From an uncultured Methanosarcinales archaeon (GTDB taxonomy: Archaea; Nanobdellota; Nanobdellia; Woesearchaeales; CG1-02-33-12): a stretch of DNA of 56,995 bases. The DNA is taken from NCBI GenBank assembly GCA_964641515.1, contig CAZXME010000001.1, positions 1 through 56,995 on the forward strand, in the 5' to 3' direction. Made by a program: the position numbers and the translations under genes. This document shows, one piece after another, positions 1-9,075 of this stretch (the stretch's first letter is position 1; the number at the start of each line of letters is the position of its first letter). The notes beneath the pieces were generated by a model. It was not told the DNA's origin. It ran no database searches and saw nothing but the letters and a program-made list of their open reading frames with translations.

Positions 1-647
1 TCAAGCCAAAAATCATCATAACTGGAATAATATTTCTTATAGTTTTCTTCTGTTGCACTAATTTTTTTTATTTTTATATTTTCATTTAATTCTTCTCTCA
101 GGTTGGTTGGATATGTTTGGTATGTTAAATTAGTATCTGCAAACCAACTCGGAATAACAAATCCTTTTTTTATTAATGGTGGCCAAGTCATTAACCAATT
201 GTTTGTACCAACAGTTTTATTAAATTTGTTTAGTATTTGCCACAATGTTTGTGTGTTTATCATTAAGCTATTTGATTTTACCATTTTTGTTGAACCTGGA
301 AAACTTGTAAAAAAATCAAACATCTGATGCTTATCTTGTTTCATACCCGTTGCAATTGATGTCCAACCAGGGGGTGAAAGAGGAGGCTCAGAAGAAAGAT
401 TCCCATAAGCACCATTTTGTATCATCTTTTTGAAGTTTGGGAGTTCGCCTCTTTCTACCATGGGTATTACAACATTCCATGTTGCACCATCCAAACAAAT
501 TAAGATTACATTTGGATTATTCCTCCTAATTTTTTCATTTTTTTTGATATTTAAAAGAAGAGGTATACTAATTATTAGCAAAAATAGCAAAATCAAAAAA
601 ATTGATATTTTTCTTTTATTTATTCTTTTCTTCTTAGTTTTTTTCAT
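1..647 (-). CDS. Alkaline-phosphatase-superfamily enzyme (type I phosphodiesterase/nucleotide pyrophosphatase-like) with N-terminal membrane anchor; 3' end runs off the window
   Basis: Codon-by-codon hand translation of the minus strand from ATG at 647 gives MKKTKKKRINKRKISIFLILLFLLIISIPLLLNIKKNEKIRRNNPNVILICLDGATWNVV...NLSSEPPLSPPGWTSIATG. The LICLDG metal-binding Asp block and the TSIATG block are typical of this superfamily. It is absent from the ORF track because no stop lies inside the window. It overlaps the end of the upstream gene by 14 nt. Confidence 0.6.
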   Translation of the reverse strand, partial: MKKTKKKRINKRKISIFLILLFLLIISIPLLLNIKKNEKIRRNNPNVILICLDGATWNVVIPMVERGELPNFKKMIQNGAYGNLSSEPPLSPPGWTSIATGMKQDKHQMFDFFTSFPGSTKMVKSNSLMINTQTLWQILNKFNKTVGTNNWLMTWPPLIKKGFVIPSWFADTNLTYQTYPTNLREELNENIKIKKISATEENYKKYYSSYDDFWL

Positions 648-1374
648 TTTCAATAGTGATATAGCAAATATGTGCTACTTTTTTTTTAATTGATTTGGGA
701 AGCAACCTTTCTATTTTTGCCCATTTTTCCAATAAAAAAGAAAACAAATTATTTATATTCTCCCTTCTTTTCTTCTTTAATCCTGGAGGGAAAGGGGGCA
801 TATCAATATAACCTATATTTAAGATATGACTTTTATTAAAGTACTCTTTTAGTTTATCTAAACTCAAAGTTTTAAGTCTGCTTATAATTGAATGTAACTT
901 ATTATCTCTATTTGGAAGAAATAATGCGGCATAAATAGAAAGTTTTTGGATTGTTTTAGCATACTCGACCTTCTCCTTATTGAACAACCCCTGCATTACT
1001 TCAGAACATAGTATTAAATCAAACCTTTTGTCAAATTTAAGATCATTCAAATTATTTAATCTAATTATTCTTGGTCTTTTAAGCAAAAGGCCTTTTTTGA
1101 TTAGATTATTAATTATTTTTTCAAATGATTTTATTTTTTCTTTTCTATCATCAACAATAGTTATATTAAAATTATTGATCTTCCCAAACAAGACAAAATC
1201 CATACTAAAACCATATTTTTCTGGCAAGCCATATATTAAAATATCTTTTATTTGTTTATTTTTAACAAATTCTTTCAACAATTTTAACTTAATTAGATAC
1301 TCGTAAGCGGTTCCAATACCCTCTCCTTCAACTAAAGCAAGGGAATATAAGGTATTTATATTAAGCTTTTTCAT
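634..1374 (-). CDS. Hypothetical protein, possibly Rossmann-fold (methyltransferase-like)
   Basis: 246-aa ORF with an ATG start. The pattern DILIYGLPEKYGFSMDFVLFG ... ITIVDD ... FDLILCSEV loosely resembles class I SAM-methyltransferase strands, but the Gly-rich loop is degenerate. It overlaps the downstream AP-superfamily gene. Confidence 0.4.
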   Translation of the reverse strand: MKKLNINTLYSLALVEGEGIGTAYEYLIKLKLLKEFVKNKQIKDILIYGLPEKYGFSMDFVLFGKINNFNITIVDDRKEKIKSFEKIINNLIKKGLLLKRPRIIRLNNLNDLKFDKRFDLILCSEVMQGLFNKEKVEYAKTIQKLSIYAALFLPNRDNKLHSIISRLKTLSLDKLKEYFNKSHILNIGYIDMPPFPPGLKKKRRENINNLFSFLLEKWAKIERLLPKSIKKKVAHICYITIENEKN

Positions 1375-1563
1375 TTTAAATAGGTTTTTAATTTAAAATT
1401 AAGGTGTTTATATCTTTCTTAAATTTAATTTATTTATAATGTAATCCTAAAAAATAAAATACATTTTTATATATATCTATTTTATATATTTAAAAATAGA
1501 ATACTTTTTAAATTGTTTATAAATTTATTCATAATATAAGGATTAAAATAAAAATTTAAGAAA

Positions 1564-3096
1564 ATGAGTATAATAAATAAAAAAGAATTTAAGATATTTT
1601 TAACATTCTTTATTATTTACTTATGCTTTGCAAGGTTTGGATCATGGACCGATGTATCTAAGCTTGATTTAACAAGAGCAATAGTTGATGAACACCGTTT
1701 TGAGATAGACTCTTACATAAATGATACAGAAAACATAGCTGGTGATTATGATATAGGCAGTAATACAGGTGACAGAGCTTATTATAATAACCATTACTAT
1801 AGTGACAAGCCTCCGGGTTCATCTTTCTTAACTATCCCTGTTTACGTTGTTTTCAAGCTGTTTTTTGGAATGCCTGATACTGATTTAAAACTACATATCT
1901 TAGAATTTATGATAATAGCTTTCAGCTCTGTTTTGTTCTCAGCACTTTTGGTTGTCTTGATGTATAAAACTTCAGGATTTTTTGTAAAAAAAGAGAGGTA
2001 TAGAATTTTGATTATAATTATTTTTGGATTAGGAACCATGATCTTTGCATTTGCAACAACCACTTACCACCATGCTATCGCTAACTTTTTTGCATTTATG
2101 TGTTTTTATTTAATTTTAAAAATGAAGCAAGAAAATAAATTTAGTAACAAAAATTTTTTCATTGCTGGTCTTTGTGGTGGATTCGCAATAACATGTGAAT
2201 ATTCAACTTCAATAGTAATCTTTGCTTGTATAATTATAATTTTGGTATTAAAAAAATGGAAACAACTTATTCCATTTTTGCTTGGCTTTTTAATAGCTAT
2301 CAGTCTATTATTTATGTATAATTATTCTATCTTTAGCAATATTCTTGATGTAGGTTACAATCACCTAGATGAGAAGATTTTTTTTACTAATAAAAAGATT
2401 CTTCCAGTAATATTTATAAATGATTATGCACAAGGGTTTATACCCATTCATTTTATTAAAACTGAGTTTATGTCCCTTTTTTCATTAGCTAAGTTTAAAG
2501 TAATCTTAAGGTTACTATTTTACCCCTTCAGAGGGCTGTTTTTTTATTCACCTGTTTTATTATTATTTTTGGTTGGTTTGTTATATATGCACAAGAAGTA
2601 TAAATTAGAAACAAATTTAATTATTTTTATATTTACTTTATTCTTAATTTATAATTCACAAATGTATGAGTGGGGAGGAGCCCCTTCTTTTGGACCAAGG
2701 TTTTTATATCCCATTATCCCATTTTTGATGGTATCATTAACTTTTTGTTTTAAAAAAATTAAGCTAAAGTTTATTTTGTTATTGGCCATTATTTCAATAA
2801 TCATAAATTTGATAGGTATGCAGGTTTTAACATGTGAACATCATGCTGATGACTTGCCTATAAGGCAATTACCAGAATATAACTTTAAACTTGCAACATG
2901 GCAGCCAATATCAAACTCATTATTTACCTATTACATGCCTCTTTTTTTAAGATATGGTCCCCGTAGCATACTAATAGAAGAGATACTTGGGTTTAGACTG
3001 TTTCCTTTCCTGAATGTTTTTGTTCTGATTGTCATAACTATGTTTATATGGAGAAATGAAATATTCTTCAAAAAGGAAGAATTTAGGAAATTATAG
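1564..3096 (+). CDS. GT-C fold integral-membrane glycosyltransferase (PMT/ArnT-like)
   Basis: 510 aa with at least 10 hydrophobic helices. The first extracytoplasmic loop YNNHYYSDKPPGSSFLTIPVY resembles the acidic DxPP-type loop of GT39/GT83-like enzymes. This is a family-level call only. Confidence 0.55.
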   Translation: MSIINKKEFKIFLTFFIIYLCFARFGSWTDVSKLDLTRAIVDEHRFEIDSYINDTENIAGDYDIGSNTGDRAYYNNHYYSDKPPGSSFLTIPVYVVFKLFFGMPDTDLKLHILEFMIIAFSSVLFSALLVVLMYKTSGFFVKKERYRILIIIIFGLGTMIFAFATTTYHHAIANFFAFMCFYLILKMKQENKFSNKNFFIAGLCGGFAITCEYSTSIVIFACIIIILVLKKWKQLIPFLLGFLIAISLLFMYNYSIFSNILDVGYNHLDEKIFFTNKKILPVIFINDYAQGFIPIHFIKTEFMSLFSLAKFKVILRLLFYPFRGLFFYSPVLLLFLVGLLYMHKKYKLETNLIIFIFTLFLIYNSQMYEWGGAPSFGPRFLYPIIPFLMVSLTFCFKKIKLKFILLLAIISIIINLIGMQVLTCEHHADDLPIRQLPEYNFKLATWQPISNSLFTYYMPLFLRYGPRSILIEEILGFRLFPFLNVFVLIVITMFIWRNEIFFKKEEFRKL

Positions 3097-3155
3097 GCTA
3101 TGGTGTAAACTTACTAAACAATATTATGTTGTAAGTGATAACACTATAACTTAAG

Positions 3156-4835
3156 CTAAATCTTTATTTGCTTAAGGATATAATCTGGAACAAGGATTAT
3201 ATCTTTTCCTTCTTCCTTGTAGTAGGCTATTGCTTGTTTCATCTCATAATCTAATTTCTCTATATAAGAGAAATTATAGGGATTGAACACTTCCCATGCT
3301 TCACTTATGGGATATTTTATAAAAACAATTTCTTTTTGCTGATTTTCTAAATAAAACCTTTCACTTGTGTAATTTATGTAATCAGACATATAATCCCAGA
3401 TTATTTTATTTTGGTAAAAAAATGATGGAGGATAATCATTATATTGAATATCACCTTCTGTTGTGTAAAAAAATGCATGAACAACTATTATATCAACACC
3501 ATTCTCGTAAAGCCATTCAGAAGTTTTTAAAACTTCATTATAGCTTAAATCCCATCCATAGCCTGCAAAAGTTTCTGTTAGTGAGTAAGGCTTTCCATAA
3601 ATAAACTCTGCAGATGAAACAAGTATGGGTGTTATCTTACCTTCATCAAATTTGTTTATATCATCCGTACCAGGTATATCAAAATATTTAATTGGTGTGA
3701 AAAAATCTCCTTGAAAAAGAACTATCTGAGATAAATCTTCTTCAATAAGAACATGTCCTGAAAAAAGAATATTATGCTCTCTTGTCCAGTTTCTTATGAT
3801 TTCAAAGTAATTCTTAGAATAAATTGTGTTTCTTACCTCAAAATAATCTTTTCTTACTTTTCTTGATATATTGCTGTTGCCTTCTTCCCAAATAAAATAA
3901 ATATAATCAGTTATATTATATCCTTTTATTTCATAAAAATCATTTTCAAAATCATCTGTCCATGGTATCGAGCCAATGTCATATTCTTCGTAAACATTTG
4001 AATAGAATCCTGGCTCATCTGTAAAGAATCCAACTATTGTGTCTTGAAAATAATCGCTAAATCTTTTATAATATTCTTCATGAGTTAATTTTATGAAAGT
4101 TTTTGTTGTTTCGCTGTCAAGCAAATCAACATAATAATTTTGTTTGTACTCTGTTCTAAAGTGGCCAAAATCTTGATAAAAAACATATATTGAATTATTG
4201 AGGTATAAATCTTCAAAAAAACAACTGTTTTCAATGCAATAATCATTTTTCACATTTTTTTTGCTGTCTTTTTCATAAATGATTACTGAAACAATTTTTT
4301 TCACATTGAATTTTTCATTTGTTTTTAAACTAAAGTAGCTTTTATTAACTTTTTCCATTTTGAGGTTCTTTGCAATAAGATGAGGCTTTTTTTCTAAAAC
4401 CTTCCCTCCAGCTGTACCGCTGGGCCAGTCAAACTCATCATATATCCAAACTTTCATATTATTTTTCTTAAGTTCTTCAAGCGCAAAACCAACCAGTTCA
4501 AACCATTCTTCAGAAAGGTATTCTTGTTCAAGCCCTGATCTTGCATGTATCATCAATTCATTTATACCTACATCTTTAATAAGCTTAATTTGATTTTTTA
4601 TTTCTTTTTTTGTCATGTTGCCATTCCAGAACCAGAAGGGTATTATAGAAGAAGGAGTATAATTCAATGAATCAATAAAAGTTTTGCTTTCCATTGATTC
4701 GTCTTTAAAGTTTATTTCTTTGTTTATTAAGTAATCATTATAACTTTTTCTATTGCTCCGGACGTTATATATTGAAACAAAAAGCAAGACGAATAGAATT
4801 ACCAAAATAATATTCCATATCTTTATAACTCTCAT
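3156..4835 (-). CDS. Membrane-anchored putative glycoside hydrolase (TIM-barrel type, family not assignable)
   Basis: 559 aa with signal anchor IWNIILVILFVLLFVSIY. The blocks PFWFWNGNMTKKEI, IHARSGLEQEYLSEEW and VWIYDEFDWPSGTAGG match a motif set I recognise from bacterial proteins annotated generically as glycosyl hydrolase. Confidence 0.45.
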   Translation of the reverse strand: MRVIKIWNIILVILFVLLFVSIYNVRSNRKSYNDYLINKEINFKDESMESKTFIDSLNYTPSSIIPFWFWNGNMTKKEIKNQIKLIKDVGINELMIHARSGLEQEYLSEEWFELVGFALEELKKNNMKVWIYDEFDWPSGTAGGKVLEKKPHLIAKNLKMEKVNKSYFSLKTNEKFNVKKIVSVIIYEKDSKKNVKNDYCIENSCFFEDLYLNNSIYVFYQDFGHFRTEYKQNYYVDLLDSETTKTFIKLTHEEYYKRFSDYFQDTIVGFFTDEPGFYSNVYEEYDIGSIPWTDDFENDFYEIKGYNITDYIYFIWEEGNSNISRKVRKDYFEVRNTIYSKNYFEIIRNWTREHNILFSGHVLIEEDLSQIVLFQGDFFTPIKYFDIPGTDDINKFDEGKITPILVSSAEFIYGKPYSLTETFAGYGWDLSYNEVLKTSEWLYENGVDIIVVHAFFYTTEGDIQYNDYPPSFFYQNKIIWDYMSDYINYTSERFYLENQQKEIVFIKYPISEAWEVFNPYNFSYIEKLDYEMKQAIAYYKEEGKDIILVPDYILKQIKI

Positions 4836-4842
4836 TTTAATA

Positions 4843-4925
4843 TGCCAGGATTAGGATTTGAACCTAAATGCCATTTTAGATGCCCTTTTCTAGATGAGTG
4901 CATTAAACAATATTCCGCCAACTCA
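4843..4925 (-). other. tRNA 3'-half-like element (T-arm plus acceptor 3' strand); not a foldable complete tRNA
   Basis: The minus-strand read of 4843-4867 is TTAGG-TTCAAAT-CCTAA-TCCTGGC-A. That is a canonical GGTTCAAATCC T-arm, a 7-nt acceptor strand and a discriminator. The upstream ~55 nt contain no matching GCCAGGA 5' acceptor strand, no GG D-loop and no clean anticodon arm. Confidence 0.35.
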
Positions 4926-5368
4926 ACAAATAAAAAATTTATTCTGTTATTTAAATAAGTTTTGTAAAGAATAATTTATCTGATTAAGGCAATTTTTTAT
5001 TAGTATAACCTATTCTAAAATATTCTTAATAAAGTTTCAAAATAAAAGAGATATTTATTCACATTATAGTTTAACTTATCATTTTTTGGTCATAATAAAA
5101 CTTAATCTTGTATCCTTCATTAGGGAAGCTTAGTATATATTGAGTTATCTTGTATCTAATCTCTTGATCCGTTCAAAAATGTAGGTTAAATGTTTTTGAA
5201 TTGTGCTTATCTTCCACCTATATGGACTTATTGAGTTATAAACTTTTCAGAGATCTTCAACGATATGGAAATAATCATATTCTTTACACCTTAGTAAGAT
5301 GTACTAAAGAGGGGGTAACCAATTTGTTTGAATTATACAAAATTAATTTTAGTTAAATAAAAAGATAA

Positions 5369-6235
5369 TTATTTTGTACTCTCAGCTATAGCCCAGATAT
5401 AATGTTTTTCCTTTTTTATGTAAAAATCATAAACTCCAAGAAACCTTGAGTATGCCTCGAGGATTATTGCTCCTATAGTCCAAAACATAAACAATGGTCT
5501 CGGCTTTAAAACCTTAAAAAGTTTTTTAATAACCAATGGCCATTTCATTGTAATTGTATTATAATTTTTACAGTTCTTTAGTTCAAGATGGCCTGCATAT
5601 ATCCTCCTCCTCTGCTTTATGAAATCCCTTACATTCGCAGGGCCTTTATTGTAAACAATTGCATTCTCAGCATAACAGCTATCAAAACCTTTGTTTTTTA
5701 TGCTCATTGCAATGTATTCCTCATCAGCTGCTGTACACTGGATTTCACTTATTTTATTCCTAAAGGCAATCATTTCCCCAAACTTAATGTGTTCCAATGA
5801 TATTTCGTGATGAACTTCCCATAAAAGATGAGCAGCAAAACCCATAAAGCTGCTTTTCTTATTTAATGGTACTGGATGGGATGCGCAAATTCCTATTCTT
5901 TCATCCAAAAGAGGCCTGCAAAGCTTTTCTATGCAATCATCTTTTGGAAGAGTATCAGCACTTTCTAAAACAAGTATTTTTGAACTTGCTATTTTAATAA
6001 AGCTGTTTATTGCTAGTGCCTTGCCTCTTCTTTTATTCCTAGTTATGAGTTTGATTATCTTGTTTTTCTTTGCAGACTTTTTTACAATTTCATTTGTCTT
6101 ATCTATAATTCCATCTGAAACAACAATAATTTCTTTAATCCTAACTTTTTTAAGTTTTTGGTTTAAAAGAACTTTCAATAATCTACCAATATTTTTTTCC
6201 TCATTAAAAGTCATTATCCCAATTGAAACATTCAT
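5369..6235 (-). CDS. Family 2 glycosyltransferase (GT-A fold)
   Basis: 288 aa. The N-terminal VSIGIMTFNEEKNIGRLLKVLLNQ and IIVVSDGIIDKT blocks are typical of GT2 nucleotide-sugar binding regions. Confidence 0.8.
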   Translation of the reverse strand: MNVSIGIMTFNEEKNIGRLLKVLLNQKLKKVRIKEIIVVSDGIIDKTNEIVKKSAKKNKIIKLITRNKRRGKALAINSFIKIASSKILVLESADTLPKDDCIEKLCRPLLDERIGICASHPVPLNKKSSFMGFAAHLLWEVHHEISLEHIKFGEMIAFRNKISEIQCTAADEEYIAMSIKNKGFDSCYAENAIVYNKGPANVRDFIKQRRRIYAGHLELKNCKNYNTITMKWPLVIKKLFKVLKPRPLFMFWTIGAIILEAYSRFLGVYDFYIKKEKHYIWAIAESTK

Positions 6236-6328
6236 GGATGATTAAAAATGTTATATATTTAAATAGTTTATTAAATTAAAAATTTGAATTTTTATCAATA
6301 AAGTTTGTTATGATTATTACAGGAATTT

Positions 6329-7393
6329 TCATTTTAATCTTAGTGAACTTAAAATATTTGTATAATAAGGATTGCTATGTGTGCAAAAACAATGTTCTTT
6401 TTTGATTTTTTCTCTTATTTTATTTGCTTTTTTTCCAAAAAATATTTTTTTGAAATCATAATTTTCCTCGCGTAAATCACCCATAATATCAGTTCTTGTA
6501 CAACATTGCCATATCTTCCCATTAGGAGAAATTTGAATTGAGGTAATACCTGCAAAACATGGGATTATTTCTTTATTTCTTAATATGGTTTTTTTAACAA
6601 AAATGTAATATTTTCTTCTAAAAAAATTCTTAAATTTTAGGATTGAGTTTTTTGAATTATTTATATCTTTGATGTACTTATCCAGAATTTTAATAGATAT
6701 ATCCTTGTTTGGTACAAATTTTTCTTTTATATTAAGCAATTCCTTATTCTTTTCTGCAATTTCGATACCATAATGATCTGGTTTAAGCTTATTCATGATA
6801 AACTCTTTTATTTTATCAATATGCTCAGTATTGTATTTTGAAATTATAGTATATGTACCAATAATTAAATTAAGATATTTTTTCTGCAATCTTTTTAATT
6901 CTTTAAATGTTTTAATAGCTCTTTTGAATGCACCTTTAACTCCCCTTATGTTATCATGCACCTTATTTACCCCATCTATTGATATGTTTAGGATTACTTT
7001 AACTTTTTTTCCCTTAGTTTTAGCTAATATCTTTTTGATTTGTTCAACTACTAATTTTGGTAAAGTTCCACTTATAGGAAAATTAATTATTTTTGGCTTA
7101 TTATATTTCAGTATGTACCCAACAATCTCTGAAAGATCTTTTCTTAAAAACTGATTGCCGCCTGTTATAGTAATCCAAAAGGGAGCATTCCCAATATTTC
7201 TTATGATTTTTTTCCATTCTTCTTTTGTCAAATCATCTTTTGATTTTTGTTTCCAAATGTTACATGTTTTACATTTAGAATCACATTTAGAGGTAATTGA
7301 ATAAGTATAACTAATAGGTAGAATAAATGTTTTATTTAATCTTCTTGATATATTAAAAATTAATAATTTGAATGGCAATAAAAGTGTTTTCAT
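6329..7393 (-). CDS. Radical SAM enzyme with C-terminal SPASM/twitch-like Cys-rich domain
   Basis: CDSKCKTCNIW is a CxxxCxxC cluster motif. The C-terminal CFAGITSIQISPNGKIWQCC ... EHCFCTHSN fits an auxiliary Fe-S domain. Confidence 0.8.
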   Translation of the reverse strand: MKTLLLPFKLLIFNISRRLNKTFILPISYTYSITSKCDSKCKTCNIWKQKSKDDLTKEEWKKIIRNIGNAPFWITITGGNQFLRKDLSEIVGYILKYNKPKIINFPISGTLPKLVVEQIKKILAKTKGKKVKVILNISIDGVNKVHDNIRGVKGAFKRAIKTFKELKRLQKKYLNLIIGTYTIISKYNTEHIDKIKEFIMNKLKPDHYGIEIAEKNKELLNIKEKFVPNKDISIKILDKYIKDINNSKNSILKFKNFFRRKYYIFVKKTILRNKEIIPCFAGITSIQISPNGKIWQCCTRTDIMGDLREENYDFKKIFFGKKANKIREKIKKEHCFCTHSNPYYTNILSSLRLK

Positions 7394-7597
7394 ATTTACA
7401 GTCTCCTTAAAATTGTTTAAATAACCTCAACAAGATAGTATATACATTGAAAAAATCATGTTTACTTAAATAGTTTATTAAAGTAGAATCTAAATTTCAA
7501 AAGGGGATAGAGGAAACTCAATTAAAGAAGTAACTAGAAACACAATGACAGAATATCAAGATAAAATTTATTTAATGAAACCCCTAGGAAACCCCCC

Positions 7598-7798
7598 TTC
7601 ACTTATTACATGCCCTTGTTTTTCAGGTATGGCCCACGCAGTATCCTAATAGAAGAAATTCTTGGTTTTAGAATGTTTCCTTTCCTTAATATATTTGTTT
7701 TAATGATTATTGTCTCATTCATTTGGAGAAAAGAACTAAAAGAATCAATAAGAAAAACTAAAAATAATTTTAAGATAAACAATGCTGGCAAAAAATAA
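7598..7798 (+). pseudogene. Orphan 3'-terminal fragment of a GT-C glycosyltransferase gene (paralog/allele of 1564..3096)
   Basis: FTYYMPLFFRYGPRSILIEEILGFRMFPFLNIFVLMIIVSFIWRKE aligns with the last ~57 codons of the intact gene (FTYYMPLFLRYGPRSILIEEILGFRLFPFLNVFVLIVITMFIWRNE). Homology starts abruptly at 7598, and an in-frame stop lies at 7562. Confidence 0.7.
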
Positions 7799-7825
7799 AA
7801 AGTATACTACTCAAGAATAGAAAAA
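7797..7825 (+). repeat. Direct repeat copy A (AAAAAGTAT-N3-ACTCAAGAATAGAAAA)
   Basis: Compared by eye with 8927-8955. There is a 9-nt and a 16-nt identical block separated by 3 versus 2 nt. It lies 31-50 nt upstream of the ATG at 7857. Confidence 0.7.
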
Positions 7826-7856
7826 CATATATAGTAGTATTATTTTAAAATACTTA

Positions 7857-8816
7857 ATGAAATCACTTACAGAAAGGGTTTTAGAATTTAATGAAAAGTG
7901 TTCTCCTAAACTAAAGAATGCTATTTTTGATGCAAAGATTAAGCTTGCTTATCTGCAGGAGTCTATCAAGGAAATTATTCCTAAAGCAAATAAAGAAAAT
8001 ATTGGCAAATTAGCAGGTATATCATTTGCTAGTGTCACAGCAGCTATATTTTACTCTGTTGATGGATTTACCTCAGAGACAACCAATGTTTCAGAGGAAA
8101 TTGATGTAAAAGATTATATTAAAAATAAATTTTCTTCCCCCAGGGTTAATATATATCTTAAATCTCTTGAGAACCTTGATTTATCTGAGATAGAATTTAT
8201 TGATAATTTACAAAATTTGTCATCAAAAAATAAACAAGAATTTTATGCAAAAGAAGTTTATAATAGTGGAGTAACACAAGAACTCCTAGAAAAACTGAAA
8301 GAGGAGTTTATGAACTATCCGCAGAGAAGCTTTGTTCAAAGATTAAAATTAGGAAGAATTGATTTATCAAATAATGATGATTATGTTAATACTGCTTTAG
8401 GTCTGATGGGAAAATATCCTGACTGGTTTTATTCTTATATGGGCACCCATTCAAATGGGAAATATAAAGCTGATGCTTTATTAAATCTTATTCAAATTGC
8501 CCATGAGATAGAACCTGAGACTGGTATGGATGCTAACATACTTTTGAATAAATATTATAAGCTTATAGCTATTGCATCAAAAAAAATGCCTGTATTCTAT
8601 AATAATGCCTGTAGATTTGGATATAATGAATTGGAAAAACAAGGAGAAGGTCCTTTGTTTGATTTTAAGCTTGATAAGAATGAATATAATTTAGTTAAAA
8701 ACCATATTCTTGATTTAGTAAAAAATCATGAAGCTAAGATTCTTAGTTTGAATCTTGCAGAAGAACTTAAAAAATCAAGTTCTCTTGTGTTACCTTATGA
8801 ATTATCTCATAATTAA
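7857..8816 (+). CDS. Hypothetical protein (no recognisable domain)
   Basis: 319-aa ORF with an ATG start. It has one weakly hydrophobic segment (GISFASVTAAIFYSV) and is flanked by the ~29-nt direct repeats. Confidence 0.55.
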   Translation: MKSLTERVLEFNEKCSPKLKNAIFDAKIKLAYLQESIKEIIPKANKENIGKLAGISFASVTAAIFYSVDGFTSETTNVSEEIDVKDYIKNKFSSPRVNIYLKSLENLDLSEIEFIDNLQNLSSKNKQEFYAKEVYNSGVTQELLEKLKEEFMNYPQRSFVQRLKLGRIDLSNNDDYVNTALGLMGKYPDWFYSYMGTHSNGKYKADALLNLIQIAHEIEPETGMDANILLNKYYKLIAIASKKMPVFYNNACRFGYNELEKQGEGPLFDFKLDKNEYNLVKNHILDLVKNHEAKILSLNLAEELKKSSSLVLPYELSHN

Positions 8817-8926
8817 TCAAATATCCACAACTAATAATAAATTTAAAATAAATTTCTTAATATTATCTAAATAACAATTTAACTAAATAACCTAACTAAA
8901 AGTAATCTGACCTTTCTTGATAAACC

Positions 8927-8955
8927 AAAAAAGTATCAACTCAAGAATAGAAAAG
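8927..8955 (+). repeat. Direct repeat copy B (AAAAAGTAT-N2-ACTCAAGAATAGAAAA)
   Basis: See copy A. It lies ~120-140 nt upstream of the first gene of the surface-protein operon (ATG 9076). Confidence 0.7.
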
Positions 8956-9075
8956 TATTAATACATAAAAAAATAAAAAATAAAGATTATATATAACTCT
9001 TATAAAAAAAAACCAAAAGATTTATATATTAATATACATATTTGGGTATTAGGATTAAAGTAAAGAGGTAATTAA

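Noticed and set aside
531-548. Apparent frameshift at an A/T homopolymer run near the 5' end of the AP-superfamily gene (minus strand).
   Set aside because: My first pass mis-counted the run. A position-by-position re-translation from ATG 647 reads straight through (…LLLNIKKNEKIRRNNPNVILICLDG…), so the gene is intact.
103-693. Track ORFs 103..327 and 430..693 on the plus strand.
   Set aside because: Both start with TTG and are low-complexity. They lie antisense to a minus-strand ORF with clear AP-superfamily motifs, so they are shadow ORFs.
4843-4925. A complete tRNA gene.
   Set aside because: Only the T-arm and 3' acceptor strand are convincing. No complementary 5' acceptor strand, D-arm or anticodon stem could be built, even allowing G-U pairs or an intron.
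7545-7791. Possible radical-SAM substrate peptides. One is a hand-found 34-aa plus-strand ORF at 7545..7649 (MTEYQDKIYLMKPLGNPPSLITCPCFSGMAHAVS). The other is track ORF 7606..7791 on the minus strand.
   Set aside because: Neither has a ribosome-binding run or a leader/core organisation. Both overlap the GT-C gene fragment, whose frame explains the open reading. Only one CPC pair is present. The evidence is insufficient for a RiPP precursor.
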